A DNA stretch of 64,000 nucleotides from a virus (lineage: Duplodnaviria; Caudoviricetes), in the IMG/VR virus record IMGVR_UViG_3300048591_000242, positions 1 through 64,000 of that record; one strand, given 5' to 3'. Below are positions 49,069 through 58,859 of this stretch, in pieces. Under the pieces are notes generated by a model. The model saw nothing but the letters and a program-made list of their open reading frames with translations, was not told the origin of the DNA and did no database searches. Made by a program: the position numbers and the translations under genes. The stretch's first letter is position 1; each line of letters starts with the position of its first letter.

Positions 49069-50733
49069 TTATGAAAAAATGTAAGGAGTATATCCATCTA
49101 ACGTAAGTGTGTTAGATAACAACGTGCTTCCATCTGAAGATAGCTGCATAGCTATGCCAAATCTATCTTCCTGTGTGTTCCCTATAATGGATAGTCTGGA
49201 ATCCTCAGCCCACTGACCAGTCTCAGTGCTAAATAACTGTACCTCCTGAGCCTGCCTTATACCGGCTATAGATTCCCCTAAATCAGTAGCTATGGCTATT
49301 AAAGTACCGCCACTATTAATACTGAGTCTGTAACCGAAACCAGCACTTGCGTATGGAGTGGTGGAAATTATCTGTCTCGTGACTGGCCATGTATTACCGT
49401 CACGGGTATGTATGTAAACAGTACCTGCGCTAGTTACAGTAACGTATGTATCATGGGCGCCAATTGCCAGTACATTACCGTCAGCAGACAAATCTACGGC
49501 TCTACCGAAACGTACGCCAGCAGTGGCCCCAGACAACATTTGTCGCTGTACCCAACCTGCGCCTCCTGAGGTATAAACATATACTGCCCCAGCAAACGAG
49601 GCTCTCTGATGTGCCCCTACAGCTACTACATTTCCGTCTTCAGACAAAGCTATAGTTCCACCGGCATATCCAGAACCCTGCGGTGTGTCCGCTGGAATGA
49701 CTCTACTAGTCTCAACCCAAGTACCACCCACAAAACGATACAGATATACAGATCCACAAGTTAATCCATTGTAGACTGCACTAGGGGCACCCGCCGCTAA
49801 TACGCTTCCATCCTTGGATACTGCTACTACATAACCAAATGCCTTATACTCACCGCCGTCTGTATTAGTCAATATCTGACTTTCTATGTAGTCACCACTA
49901 CCGTCTAGGTTAAATACAAAAGCCACTCCCTGTGCATTAGAGCTATCTCCTACTACTAAAACATTACCACTCTCACTTAAAGCTACCGATATACCGAAGT
50001 TATCACTAGCCGTGACAACAGAAGGTAAAACCTTCTGGTTATACATCCAGGTATTCCCTACCTTCTTAAAGATATATACGCCACTCTCTGCAGTGCCGCC
50101 TATGCGTGTGGCACCTATGGCAGCTATAGTACCATTTCCGTTTATAGCCACACTTCTACCGTAGTTTAAATCTGTTAAATCCACACCCGGCAACAGACTA
50201 GTAATTTGTGTATCCGGTATAGCTGCCCTGGTTACAAAGCTAATTATGTTACTCCATTCAGAAACGGTTTCTGAAGAAGAGGTATGTAATACTCTAGTGT
50301 AGTATCTGGTACTAGGTAACAGCGATAGCGGTATAGTACTTAGATCTAAATTAGTTAGATTGTTTACATCGTTACCACTATCATAAACTGGACTAGAAAA
50401 CAGCGGACTAGTATCTATTTGCCATCTACTAGAGGCATGTACTATGTTGTTACTATCGGTAGAGTTATATGCGCTAGAAGAAATAACTGGAGACAGATCT
50501 ATACCAAGACTATCGTTTAACGGAGAGGTAATACTTGGCTTCTTTACTGATAATAACAAACCACCACCGATAGGTAAACCACCGGGTGTTACTCCGTCAC
50601 TTATACGCAATCTAAGGCCACCGCCCCTGGCATCTATAATAGGTTCTCTGGCAATGCCAACTACAGAGAATAGACTGTCGGTGTCATCAAACGACTGCCA
50701 CAAGACAGGTTCTGGTATATATCTGGTATTCAT
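49069..50733 (-). CDS. FG-GAP beta-propeller tail/adhesin paralog
   Basis: DGVTPGG; HASSRWQIDT; propeller repeats. Confidence 0.75.
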   Translation of the reverse strand: MNTRYIPEPVLWQSFDDTDSLFSVVGIAREPIIDARGGGLRLRISDGVTPGGLPIGGGLLLSVKKPSITSPLNDSLGIDLSPVISSSAYNSTDSNNIVHASSRWQIDTSPLFSSPVYDSGNDVNNLTNLDLSTIPLSLLPSTRYYTRVLHTSSSETVSEWSNIISFVTRAAIPDTQITSLLPGVDLTDLNYGRSVAINGNGTIAAIGATRIGGTAESGVYIFKKVGNTWMYNQKVLPSVVTASDNFGISVALSESGNVLVVGDSSNAQGVAFVFNLDGSGDYIESQILTNTDGGEYKAFGYVVAVSKDGSVLAAGAPSAVYNGLTCGSVYLYRFVGGTWVETSRVIPADTPQGSGYAGGTIALSEDGNVVAVGAHQRASFAGAVYVYTSGGAGWVQRQMLSGATAGVRFGRAVDLSADGNVLAIGAHDTYVTVTSAGTVYIHTRDGNTWPVTRQIISTTPYASAGFGYRLSINSGGTLIAIATDLGESIAGIRQAQEVQLFSTETGQWAEDSRLSIIGNTQEDRFGIAMQLSSDGSTLLSNTLTLDGYTPYIFS

Positions 50734-50829
50734 GTTTTAGTATCCCGTATGTAAAAAGCCGAGTGATAGTTTAAAAAAAGTAGGCTATAACCGCATCCTT
50801 TTTAAAAGAATGGGCTATAGCCTAAAACC

Positions 50830-51291
50830 TTAAACTTCACCTAAGTCAATAGTGTCATTTACTGTTAAGTAGTCAGTAGCTGGTAAGCCACCTAATAAAT
50901 CTGCATCTAACCCAGAACCTACACCGTCTACAGTTAACAACTGCGCTAATGTAGCATTTGCGTTATACGCAGTAGCATCTAGCTTGTTGTTAAGTAATGT
51001 AGTGATGTTGGAATCTGCTGCTAACCAAGCATCGTTTACTGCCTGAATAGCTGAAGCCATTTCAGCATCAGTGCTATAGGTAGCGTTCAGGGCATCAATT
51101 AAACCCTTAATTTCTACTACAGCAGCAGCTAAATCTGTAGCCGCTAAACCAGTACCAGTAGGATCAAAGTTACCAGTAGCACCTAACTTACTATCTACCG
51201 TTACCATAATACGATCAAGGGCGTTTTTGATACTAGAGCGTAGAGCTACTACGCTGGTGTCAATCGCTGCACTCATTTTACAATACTCCAA
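50830..51291 (-). CDS. Small tail-fibre-associated protein
   Basis: DGVGSGLDADLLGG motif typical of fibre proteins. Confidence 0.55.
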   Translation of the reverse strand: MEYCKMSAAIDTSVVALRSSIKNALDRIMVTVDSKLGATGNFDPTGTGLAATDLAAAVVEIKGLIDALNATYSTDAEMASAIQAVNDAWLAADSNITTLLNNKLDATAYNANATLAQLLTVDGVGSGLDADLLGGLPATDYLTVNDTIDLGEV

Positions 51292-51339
51292 AAATTAAAC
51301 AAGTTTATCTATATGATTTTAACCACATAGAGTACTGTT

Positions 51340-51861
51340 TTAGGCTATGTGATACGCATCAAATTCTGCTTTAATGTTATTAAACGCAGTAACTACATCG
51401 GCGTCTGTAATAACATCTAAACCACCGATACGAATAGATTGAGATACTTCTAATGTAGAAGCAGTTACTACTGCCGCAGATAGGTTCTCGGTACCGAAGG
51501 CCACAGCATAACCAGATTCAGCAGTAACCATAGTTACCCGAGTAAACCACTCATCGCCTTCATCTTGTAGGTGTTGAATCTGCGCATCAATGATGTTGTT
51601 GGTATTGTCGTATACAGCAACCATTACCTGACTGGTACCCATACCGTGGTAAATGTTCCATACAGTAGAAGCTACACCCTGAGAGTGAACGTAAGACGAC
51701 TGGGGACGGTTTATCGGAAACCATGTACCAAAGCCGTTCAAATCTGCAAATACCCACAGAATGCCTTCTATAAAGACTATACGCCCTGGGTTAGGATTAT
51801 CTGGAAATTCAGCTATCTCCGGATACTCAATAGCGCTTAAAAATCGTTTTGCTCTAGACAT
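51340..51861 (-). CDS. Virion-associated protein with W.I.H.MG module
   Basis: STVWNIYHGMGTSQVMVAVYD, related to repeats in 52465 and 54133. Confidence 0.55.
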   Translation of the reverse strand: MSRAKRFLSAIEYPEIAEFPDNPNPGRIVFIEGILWVFADLNGFGTWFPINRPQSSYVHSQGVASTVWNIYHGMGTSQVMVAVYDNTNNIIDAQIQHLQDEGDEWFTRVTMVTAESGYAVAFGTENLSAAVVTASTLEVSQSIRIGGLDVITDADVVTAFNNIKAEFDAYHIA

Positions 51862-51918
51862 AACAAATTCCTTAAAAATGTTTTATATAGTTTAGTGTAC
51901 ACTCCACGCCATATATAG

Positions 51919-52164
51919 CTATTCTTCTTTCTTTAGACCCCGTGGTCTAGGTACCCCTACAAAGTAGGCGTTACCTTTAAAAATCTTATCTATACGAGCC
52001 AGTATAACGTACTGTTGACGTATGTGATTGAGCTTCTCTTCTATGGATAAGCCAGGCAGTACAGCATTTAATTTATCTACCTCTACACGACACTGGCTAT
52101 ACCAATCGACTATGTGGTGTGGTTTAGTTTTAGCCATTATTAGCAACCTCGTTATCCTTAACAA
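51919..52164 (-). CDS. Hypothetical protein
   Basis: Short ORF overlapping the upstream ORF; true start probably MAKTKP. Confidence 0.45.
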   Translation of the reverse strand: MLRITRLLIMAKTKPHHIVDWYSQCRVEVDKLNAVLPGLSIEEKLNHIRQQYVILARIDKIFKGNAYFVGVPRPRGLKKEE

Positions 52165-52372
52165 TTATAGTCTCCAGTCTAGCATACAGCATACGTACCC
52201 ATGCAGTATGACTAACAAACCATTGTTTGACATCACTGGAAAGTAAGTCAGCCTCAGTCAAGGTACTGGCTGCCGTTTCTACATGAGACAAGACCCTATC
52301 TATTTCTGCAATTACTTCCCCTACAGTGTGTAGAGTCAGTCTATCTTTGTATTTAAACTCCGGTACTTCCAC
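52130..52372 (-). CDS. Hypothetical protein
   Basis: 80 aa; GAGGTG RBS before a GTG start. Confidence 0.55.
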   Translation of the reverse strand: MEVPEFKYKDRLTLHTVGEVIAEIDRVLSHVETAASTLTEADLLSSDVKQWFVSHTAWVRMLYARLETIIVKDNEVANNG

Positions 52373-52464
52373 ATTTCACCTCACCACGACAAGTACACTA
52401 GTGACATAAAGAAAAGACGAGCCCACTAGGGGCCCGTCTTTCCTATTGTTTTAACTAATTGCTA

Positions 52465-53742
52465 TTAAGCAATCGCAGACTTGTCTGTAACGATCAACTT
52501 AACAACAGCAGCAACAACAAGGTTAACGGTGACTGTTGTGGTAGCAGCATTCACTTCTACCAATGCGTCGTCATTCACCCACTTGGTGCCGTCCTGGACC
52601 CAAAGCTCAACGCTTAAAGTGTCGCCTGCCAAACCATGGTTAAAGGTGTGAACTGTAGCAGCAGCGCCTGCAGTGTATACCGCAGTCTTAGCATTGATCA
52701 GGTCACGTAATGCATCAGTACCATCGCCAGCAGCAGCCGCTACTTCGTTGATAGCTTCTACCAGGTTACCCTTAGCTGTAGTAGTAAGGTTAGCCAGTGT
52801 ACCTTCAACGCCAGTAGCTCGAGTTACTTCGTTAGAAATAGCTGTAGCATTAGCAGCAGCAGAAGCGTTAGCTGTGTCGGCATTTGCATCTACTTCATTG
52901 ATAGCAGCTACCAAAGTAGTTTTGGCATCTGTAGTCAGTGAAGCCAAAGAACCTTCTACGCCAGTCGCACGAGTAGTCTCGTCTGCAATTGCAGTAGCGT
53001 TAGTAGCAATAGCGGTAGCATTTGTAGCGATAGCTGTAGCGTTGGCACCGGCCTCTGCGTCAACTTCGTTAATCGCAGCTACTAAAGAAGTCTTAGCTGT
53101 AGTGGTTAAAGATGCTAATGCACCCTCTACACCAGTGGCTCGGGTTACTTCGTTAGCGATTGCAGTAGCGTTTGCATCGGCATGCGCATCGACTTCGTTG
53201 ATAGCTGCAACTACTGAACCTTTAGCATCGGTAGTCAAACCAGCCAAATCAGCAATTGTAGTATTAATCAGGCCAACTGCTGTTTGTACTTCACCTAGGG
53301 TATCCATTGCCTCAGTAGCGGTACCCAGGATCTCAGCATTAAGGTCAGCCAAACCAGTGTTAACCATAGTGGTTAACGTGTTGTAAAGGTCAGGGTCATT
53401 GTTCAATGCAGTTGCAATTTCTTGCAATGTATTCAATGCTTCTGGAGCAGTACCGACGATGTCGGCAATCTCTTTACGGAAAGAACCAGCGGTGGTACTG
53501 TCACCATTGATAACGTTAACGACTGCTTCTAATGCAGCCAGATCAGCATCGCTACCGAAAGATTGTACAATTACTGCACCTTCTGAATCCAGACTTGAGA
53601 ACTTCAATAACTTGGCGGTACTGTTAAACCAAATACGACCAGCACTAAGCGGGGTAGGATCAGCAGCTAACTGCTCTACATTCATGTTCTCAATGAACGC
53701 GCCTGCTGGAAGGGTTATACCGTGATATTTTTTAAATGACAT
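52465..53742 (-). CDS. Alanine-rich coiled-coil fibre/decoration protein
   Basis: Four LTT.AK..[LV]V.AINEV repeats; ALNTLQEIATALNNDP motif; capsid-like codon usage. Confidence 0.7.
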   Translation of the reverse strand: MSFKKYHGITLPAGAFIENMNVEQLAADPTPLSAGRIWFNSTAKLLKFSSLDSEGAVIVQSFGSDADLAALEAVVNVINGDSTTAGSFRKEIADIVGTAPEALNTLQEIATALNNDPDLYNTLTTMVNTGLADLNAEILGTATEAMDTLGEVQTAVGLINTTIADLAGLTTDAKGSVVAAINEVDAHADANATAIANEVTRATGVEGALASLTTTAKTSLVAAINEVDAEAGANATAIATNATAIATNATAIADETTRATGVEGSLASLTTDAKTTLVAAINEVDANADTANASAAANATAISNEVTRATGVEGTLANLTTTAKGNLVEAINEVAAAAGDGTDALRDLINAKTAVYTAGAAATVHTFNHGLAGDTLSVELWVQDGTKWVNDDALVEVNAATTTVTVNLVVAAVVKLIVTDKSAIA

Positions 53743-53825
53743 ATACTGTCCATCCTATTAAGAATTTATAAAGAGTTTTTTTCCTCGCCACGGTGTATCT
53801 GAGTAGATATCCTTATCGGTATTTA

Positions 53826-54026
53826 CTAAATCATCCGTTTAAGCGCCAGCAACTCGTCGTCTACTCGCTTGCAGCAAGAGTTACTATGCTTAAGCCTCCA
53901 TGCGCTTTCTTCAAGTTCCGATTTAAAAATAAAAGATTTGTTTTGTACGGCTACAAGCTCCGCGCCGTTAGCCTTCATGTATGCCGCTAAGTGCATGTCA
54001 CGGCTAATTATTTTTATCTCACCCAC
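53826..54026 (-). CDS. Small DUF5659-like protein
   Basis: RDMHLAAYMKANGAEL. Confidence 0.45.
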   Translation of the reverse strand: MGEIKIISRDMHLAAYMKANGAELVAVQNKSFIFKSELEESAWRLKHSNSCCKRVDDELLALKRMI

Positions 54027-54132
54027 GTGCCTGCTCCGCCAAGTAATTTCAGTGTTTATTTCGCATAGTATTCAATAATTATTTACTGAACACCCCTATA
54101 ACCATACTACATTATAGGTGGATAGATAAACC

Positions 54133-55860
54133 CTAGATGAGGGTAAGCTTAACACGTATATCTGCAGGGTAGATAAGTGTAACCGTTACTGTGCTATTAT
54201 CTACAATAACAATATTAGCATCGTCATTGTGATAGGTACCGTCTTCATGTAGTACCCAAAGAGTAGCATTTATTAAAGTAGTATTTAGGTCATGAGTTAT
54301 GGTGTGGACTAGGTGAGGTTCAGTAGACTCATGTATCCAACCCAGAGTGGGTCCATTAATACCACCGGCATCTTCTATAGCGGCTACTAGAGTATTATAC
54401 TCAGACTGTAAGCTATCTAGTCTATCCTCAAGAATAGTCTGTTGTTGTTCGTATCCGTTTGTTTCGCTACCCTCTGCTACTATAGCAGGTTGGATTAACA
54501 CCTTGATTACTTCAGACTCATCTAAGTGCACGTCTATAACGTTGTTAGATACCATCTGTACATCTAAAACCTTTAATGAGAAGCTCTTATCAGGATTACG
54601 TACCCAGACAGATACACCCACGTATGGAGTCATAAGGTTATGTGAAATACGATGATAGGTGCCAGCAAACTCACTCTTAAATAAGAATGAATTCGGTAAC
54701 GGTCTTTGTAATACTAAACGGATATTCTTAGCTACTGCTAAGGGTACTTCTACCCGACCACTAGTTATTAAGTTAACTGGTGAGTCAGTATGTACCCATG
54801 TACCAGTACCATCGTCTACCCACAATGTAGCCGATAGAAAACCACTGTTTAGTCCATGGATTACGTTATGTAACTCAGAGGGAACCGTGGATTCATATAA
54901 GTAGCCACCACTATCGGTAGTAACTGGTCTAACTATAGCCATGATCTCAGAAGCTACAGCAGAAGTTACAGTAACAGTATTGTTATCCACCATTACGCAG
55001 CCGTTTAATGTAGTCTGCTTGTAGATCTTTTCAATGGGATCTAACTCCCATAAAGTAATATCTACAAACTCACTATTTAAATTATGGTTTATGGTGTGAA
55101 GTGTTAGTGGCTCACCTGAGATATAGATGTATCCACCGTTTTGAAGAGTATTTCCTTCACTACCGCGTAACACTAAATCCTCTAGATAGTAGTATAGCTC
55201 ACGTAGATCACTAAACTCCTGTAGTACAGTAGCGAAGTTTATCTCTACGTTGTCCTGTCTATCTGCTAACTGAGAGTGTCTAATCTCTAGGTCAGTTACC
55301 TGCTGTGCAGTAGCTCTATCGTTATAGCCTGGAGCCATACGCATTAACATTTCATTAATGCGCTCTATACCACTATTTAAAAGTTCTGTCTCAGAGCTTT
55401 GTTTTAAAATAGGGTTTCTAGCTATTGGGTTATAACTCACCATACCGGTAATATTAGACCAGGCAGTGATGTCTTTTCTGTCGAAGGCTAACTGAGATAC
55501 CTTAGTCATTAACTCAGTATCGACGCCGTTAGCGCCACCAGTTACTTGATATCTAATACGTACTGCTTCCCAGTCTCCACGTATCAAGATATAGCTATAT
55601 ACGTCTTTACCAGTTAAGGCAGCTAAGCGTACATAAATGGGTGAGAAGATATAGTCTCTATCTACTCGTAGTACTTGAGAGATGGTATTACCATTGTTGT
55701 CGACAAGTCCTTCTACCGTTAATCCGTCACGATAGAAAGAACCATGTAGTGGTATTACTGCTACGGTATTGGCTAATAGATGAACCTCATTTAGTACAAG
55801 GTTATCTGGATTAGACGCCGTAGGGTCAAAGGTATAGTCTTGAGATGGCATATTAGTCAC
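54133..55860 (-). CDS. Tail/baseplate protein: FDPT N-terminal domain plus four H.I.H.L repeats
   Basis: YTFDPTASNPDNLV; LHTINHNLNS, LHNVIHGLNS, YHRISHNLMT, VHTITHDLNT. Confidence 0.65.
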   Translation of the reverse strand: MTNMPSQDYTFDPTASNPDNLVLNEVHLLANTVAVIPLHGSFYRDGLTVEGLVDNNGNTISQVLRVDRDYIFSPIYVRLAALTGKDVYSYILIRGDWEAVRIRYQVTGGANGVDTELMTKVSQLAFDRKDITAWSNITGMVSYNPIARNPILKQSSETELLNSGIERINEMLMRMAPGYNDRATAQQVTDLEIRHSQLADRQDNVEINFATVLQEFSDLRELYYYLEDLVLRGSEGNTLQNGGYIYISGEPLTLHTINHNLNSEFVDITLWELDPIEKIYKQTTLNGCVMVDNNTVTVTSAVASEIMAIVRPVTTDSGGYLYESTVPSELHNVIHGLNSGFLSATLWVDDGTGTWVHTDSPVNLITSGRVEVPLAVAKNIRLVLQRPLPNSFLFKSEFAGTYHRISHNLMTPYVGVSVWVRNPDKSFSLKVLDVQMVSNNVIDVHLDESEVIKVLIQPAIVAEGSETNGYEQQQTILEDRLDSLQSEYNTLVAAIEDAGGINGPTLGWIHESTEPHLVHTITHDLNTTLINATLWVLHEDGTYHNDDANIVIVDNSTVTVTLIYPADIRVKLTLI

Positions 55861-56842
55861 TTACCCTAAGCAAAGTTATTCCACATATTACCCCTTCTCT
55901 AGCTATCACCACATTGCCTGCCGTGGAGTTTGATTTTCTTAGCTGTAGTTTAACTACGTTTCCAGCAGTAAGACCCACAGTGGTACCTGTACGCGTCGAT
56001 TGACTAAGTACTGTGTTCTCTACTAGAAATCTGAATTCTACATCTAAAGGGGTGTCCGTAAGTTCATCTACAGGGTTACCACTAAACATAACCATGTATG
56101 TTCCAGTAAAGGCAACTGTGACTGATATACCAATATCAGTCCACGTAGCATTTTGTACATTATTTAGCACAGGGTTAGTGCTTACTGTATTAGCTTCAGC
56201 CGTATAGATGTTTTTATGGCCAGTTATAGTAGACAGTGTAGCCGCTATAGAAGCCATACCCTCAGTCATCGGCTGTATGTAGCCTTCATTTAGGTCTACA
56301 ATGTCAGCCATAGTAATGTGCCTTTCTGGAGAACGGATAGCCGCCTCCAGAGAAGTAAACTTAGCTAATATTTCTGCTATACCCACAAAGTTATCTAAAC
56401 GATGTGTATGTGGGGTAGGTGGAAACCCAGTAGGTACATTTACAATGTCAGCCCATGTTCTGGAATTAAGGTTAGCTAATGCATCTAAGCCATCCTGTAT
56501 AGCCTGACTTTCTTCATTTACGTATTCACCACCCAATGTCTGATAGTTTAACAGGAAACTACCTACACGGTTTACGTCTACTAGTGCCACAGCTCCTGAG
56601 ATGGGTACTCCTACTTTCTCACTAGCTTCTTCAAAGGGATAGGCATAAAAATAATCTACTCCTTCTATTAAAGCATTGCCTGTGGCTACATCAACAACAA
56701 CCATACTGTTATTGTAAAAAGGCGCGTTTCTTGGCACAAAGTAATTGTGATCTGCACCAGAAATAGCATTTACCGTATGAGACTCATTGGAGATGCGATT
56801 TGCATTAATGGTCCCCGTCGGATCAAAAACAAATAACGGCAT
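55853..56842 (-). CDS. Tail/baseplate protein (phiKZ gp131-135 type N-terminus)
   Basis: FDPTGTINANRISNESH; WADIVNVPTGFPPTPHTH, also seen in 27473. Confidence 0.65.
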   Translation of the reverse strand: MPLFVFDPTGTINANRISNESHTVNAISGADHNYFVPRNAPFYNNSMVVVDVATGNALIEGVDYFYAYPFEEASEKVGVPISGAVALVDVNRVGSFLLNYQTLGGEYVNEESQAIQDGLDALANLNSRTWADIVNVPTGFPPTPHTHRLDNFVGIAEILAKFTSLEAAIRSPERHITMADIVDLNEGYIQPMTEGMASIAATLSTITGHKNIYTAEANTVSTNPVLNNVQNATWTDIGISVTVAFTGTYMVMFSGNPVDELTDTPLDVEFRFLVENTVLSQSTRTGTTVGLTAGNVVKLQLRKSNSTAGNVVIAREGVICGITLLRVSD

Positions 56843-56920
56843 GGCCTATCCCCTTTTTTGTGTTATAAGTGTAATAATACTGAATATTCATCCATAGTAT
56901 TTAACCGATAGATCCTATGT

Positions 56921-58192
56921 ATGCGGTGTTTACATAACGGAGGAATCATGCTAACTTTACATTACTGTCACGTTAAAGACGACAACGGATGGTCTGCTTT
57001 AGACGACACAGACGTTTCTATCAACGACCTATATTTGGGTTATAAAAGAATAAGAATTTACGTAACAACCACAGATAAACCCAATGCACTGCGTACTATA
57101 GATTTAGACAAAATCTTTGGGACTATCTCTCCTACTAACTATAACCTAAGCCTAAGTGCTTGGGTAGCTACCGCTTCAGAATCGCTACTTACTCAAGTAA
57201 ACTCAGGTGTACTGCTAAACGAAGTAGGGGCTATGAGAAGAAAGGATCTGTGGGATTACCCAGTAAACGTATCCATGGGTAACTCACTATACGGGGAAGG
57301 CAGTACGGTACCTAAAGGCCTAACCGTAGATCTAGTAGTTAGCCCTAAGACTAACTCCGATATTTGGGTTATAGACAAATTAGCTAATAAATGTTTAATG
57401 TCTATAAATGGTAGGGTTGTTAAAACAGAAAGATCTGGAGATAGACTTTTTGTTAAAAATGCCAGAAACCATCTAACCAACGAAACTCAAATTGTATCCG
57501 TATTAGAATTTGAAGAGTTAGGTAACATTACTACTTTGGATGTAAGAGATCTAACTAGTAGAAACCTAGGTACCAACTATCCAGCCAGCGGTAAGGTATC
57601 CAGTAGAGTATTGTTGACTACTCCTTTTAGTTTAACAGATAAAACAGTGATGGCTGTAGTAGATGGCTATCCACATTTCTTAGATGGCTCTGTAGAGGTA
57701 AGAGATGCCAATACAGTAATCATTAAGTTATACCACAACAGTGTCTGTAAGCGTATGTTATTGGACAATACCTTAAACGGTGGGCCGTATAGCGGCAGTA
57801 CCGTACGTAATACAGGTATCCATATAGTAGGTTTGGATATATTAGATTACCTAAATAACACTAATAGTTTTCTTGTTATTATAGATAATGATGATGTAAA
57901 CAGACATACTACCAAAGCCGGTAGAACTGACATTATCGGCATGTATACTACCTACTATCCACCACAAGGTATATTGGTAGCTGAGGACGGTAGACTACTG
58001 GAGTATGCTGTAGAGGGTACCGACGGAGATCAGACCGCTATCAATACCACTATTAACATACGCAATAACTTTATCCATGATAAAGGTAAAATAGGGGATC
58101 TTACTGTCGCTACTAATACAAAGGAGCTTAGTCCTAAACCTAAAGCTATGGATGCTACTTTTGTGGATATATATACCACTGTACCTGCATAA
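56921..58192 (+). CDS. Probable virion structural protein
   Basis: 423-aa ORF inside the structural cluster; start probably at MLTLHY. Confidence 0.6.
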   Translation: MRCLHNGGIMLTLHYCHVKDDNGWSALDDTDVSINDLYLGYKRIRIYVTTTDKPNALRTIDLDKIFGTISPTNYNLSLSAWVATASESLLTQVNSGVLLNEVGAMRRKDLWDYPVNVSMGNSLYGEGSTVPKGLTVDLVVSPKTNSDIWVIDKLANKCLMSINGRVVKTERSGDRLFVKNARNHLTNETQIVSVLEFEELGNITTLDVRDLTSRNLGTNYPASGKVSSRVLLTTPFSLTDKTVMAVVDGYPHFLDGSVEVRDANTVIIKLYHNSVCKRMLLDNTLNGGPYSGSTVRNTGIHIVGLDILDYLNNTNSFLVIIDNDDVNRHTTKAGRTDIIGMYTTYYPPQGILVAEDGRLLEYAVEGTDGDQTAINTTINIRNNFIHDKGKIGDLTVATNTKELSPKPKAMDATFVDIYTTVPA

Positions 58193-58234
58193 GCATACTA
58201 GAGATACCCAAACGGGTATCTCTAGTACTATGCT
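58192..58234. terminator. Bidirectional terminator
   Basis: 14-bp stem TACTAGAGATACCC/GGGTATCTCTAGTA inside AGCATA...TATGCT. Confidence 0.8.
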
Positions 58235-58839
58235 CAGTTTTGAACAGTCAGTAGTGCTTCTTCTAGTGTAGCTATATAGGCATCTTTCTTCTCTAATAAA
58301 GCAGATAGCCTAGCAGCAGCAGCATGTGCACTAGTACGATTCTGAATCAATAAAGCTCTGTTAAGCTCTAGTAATTCATGTTGTTTTAGATCTATACCAC
58401 CTAATACAGGTACTCGATGTAACTTAACTGTAGGTGTGGCCCCAGTAATATCCGTAGATAAATTAGTAAGCTCAGTAACCAGTGAAGCTAAAGATAATGA
58501 GTCCGGCAGCATACCCAGATCAATAGAAACTAGCATTCTGTTATACGGAACCATAGCTGAGCTAGGTATACCCTCTATATAACTAGAAGGCAACGTTAGC
58601 TCAGGCTCCCCACTTAGAGAGACAAGTTTTACGATGTTTACATCTAAATCCTTATCTGCGGTATAGTCTTCTTGCGCTAGGCCATATGGTTCATAATAGA
58701 CAGTGTAGACATCCACACCACTGGATACCAATGAGGTTATTTTGGATATCTCGACACATTTATATACACTACCTTCTACTACAGTAAAGGGTACCTTTAC
58801 TGAGTATATACCAGTAGCGTTTATATTCGGTGTAAACAT
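58234..58839 (-). CDS. Probable virion structural protein
   Basis: 201 aa, GGAG RBS. Confidence 0.6.
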   Translation of the reverse strand: MFTPNINATGIYSVKVPFTVVEGSVYKCVEISKITSLVSSGVDVYTVYYEPYGLAQEDYTADKDLDVNIVKLVSLSGEPELTLPSSYIEGIPSSAMVPYNRMLVSIDLGMLPDSLSLASLVTELTNLSTDITGATPTVKLHRVPVLGGIDLKQHELLELNRALLIQNRTSAHAAAARLSALLEKKDAYIATLEEALLTVQN

Positions 58840-58859
58840 AAGTGACTCCAGATAACCCT

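Noticed and set aside
27473-50733. Diversity-generating retroelement or invertible shufflon driving propeller variation
   Set aside because: No reverse transcriptase, template/variable repeat pair or site-specific recombinase in the window, and all paralogs share one orientation
52673-53386. 237-aa plus-strand ORF
   Set aside because: Antisense shadow of the Ala/Thr-rich repeat gene 52465..53742; no RBS or independent signal
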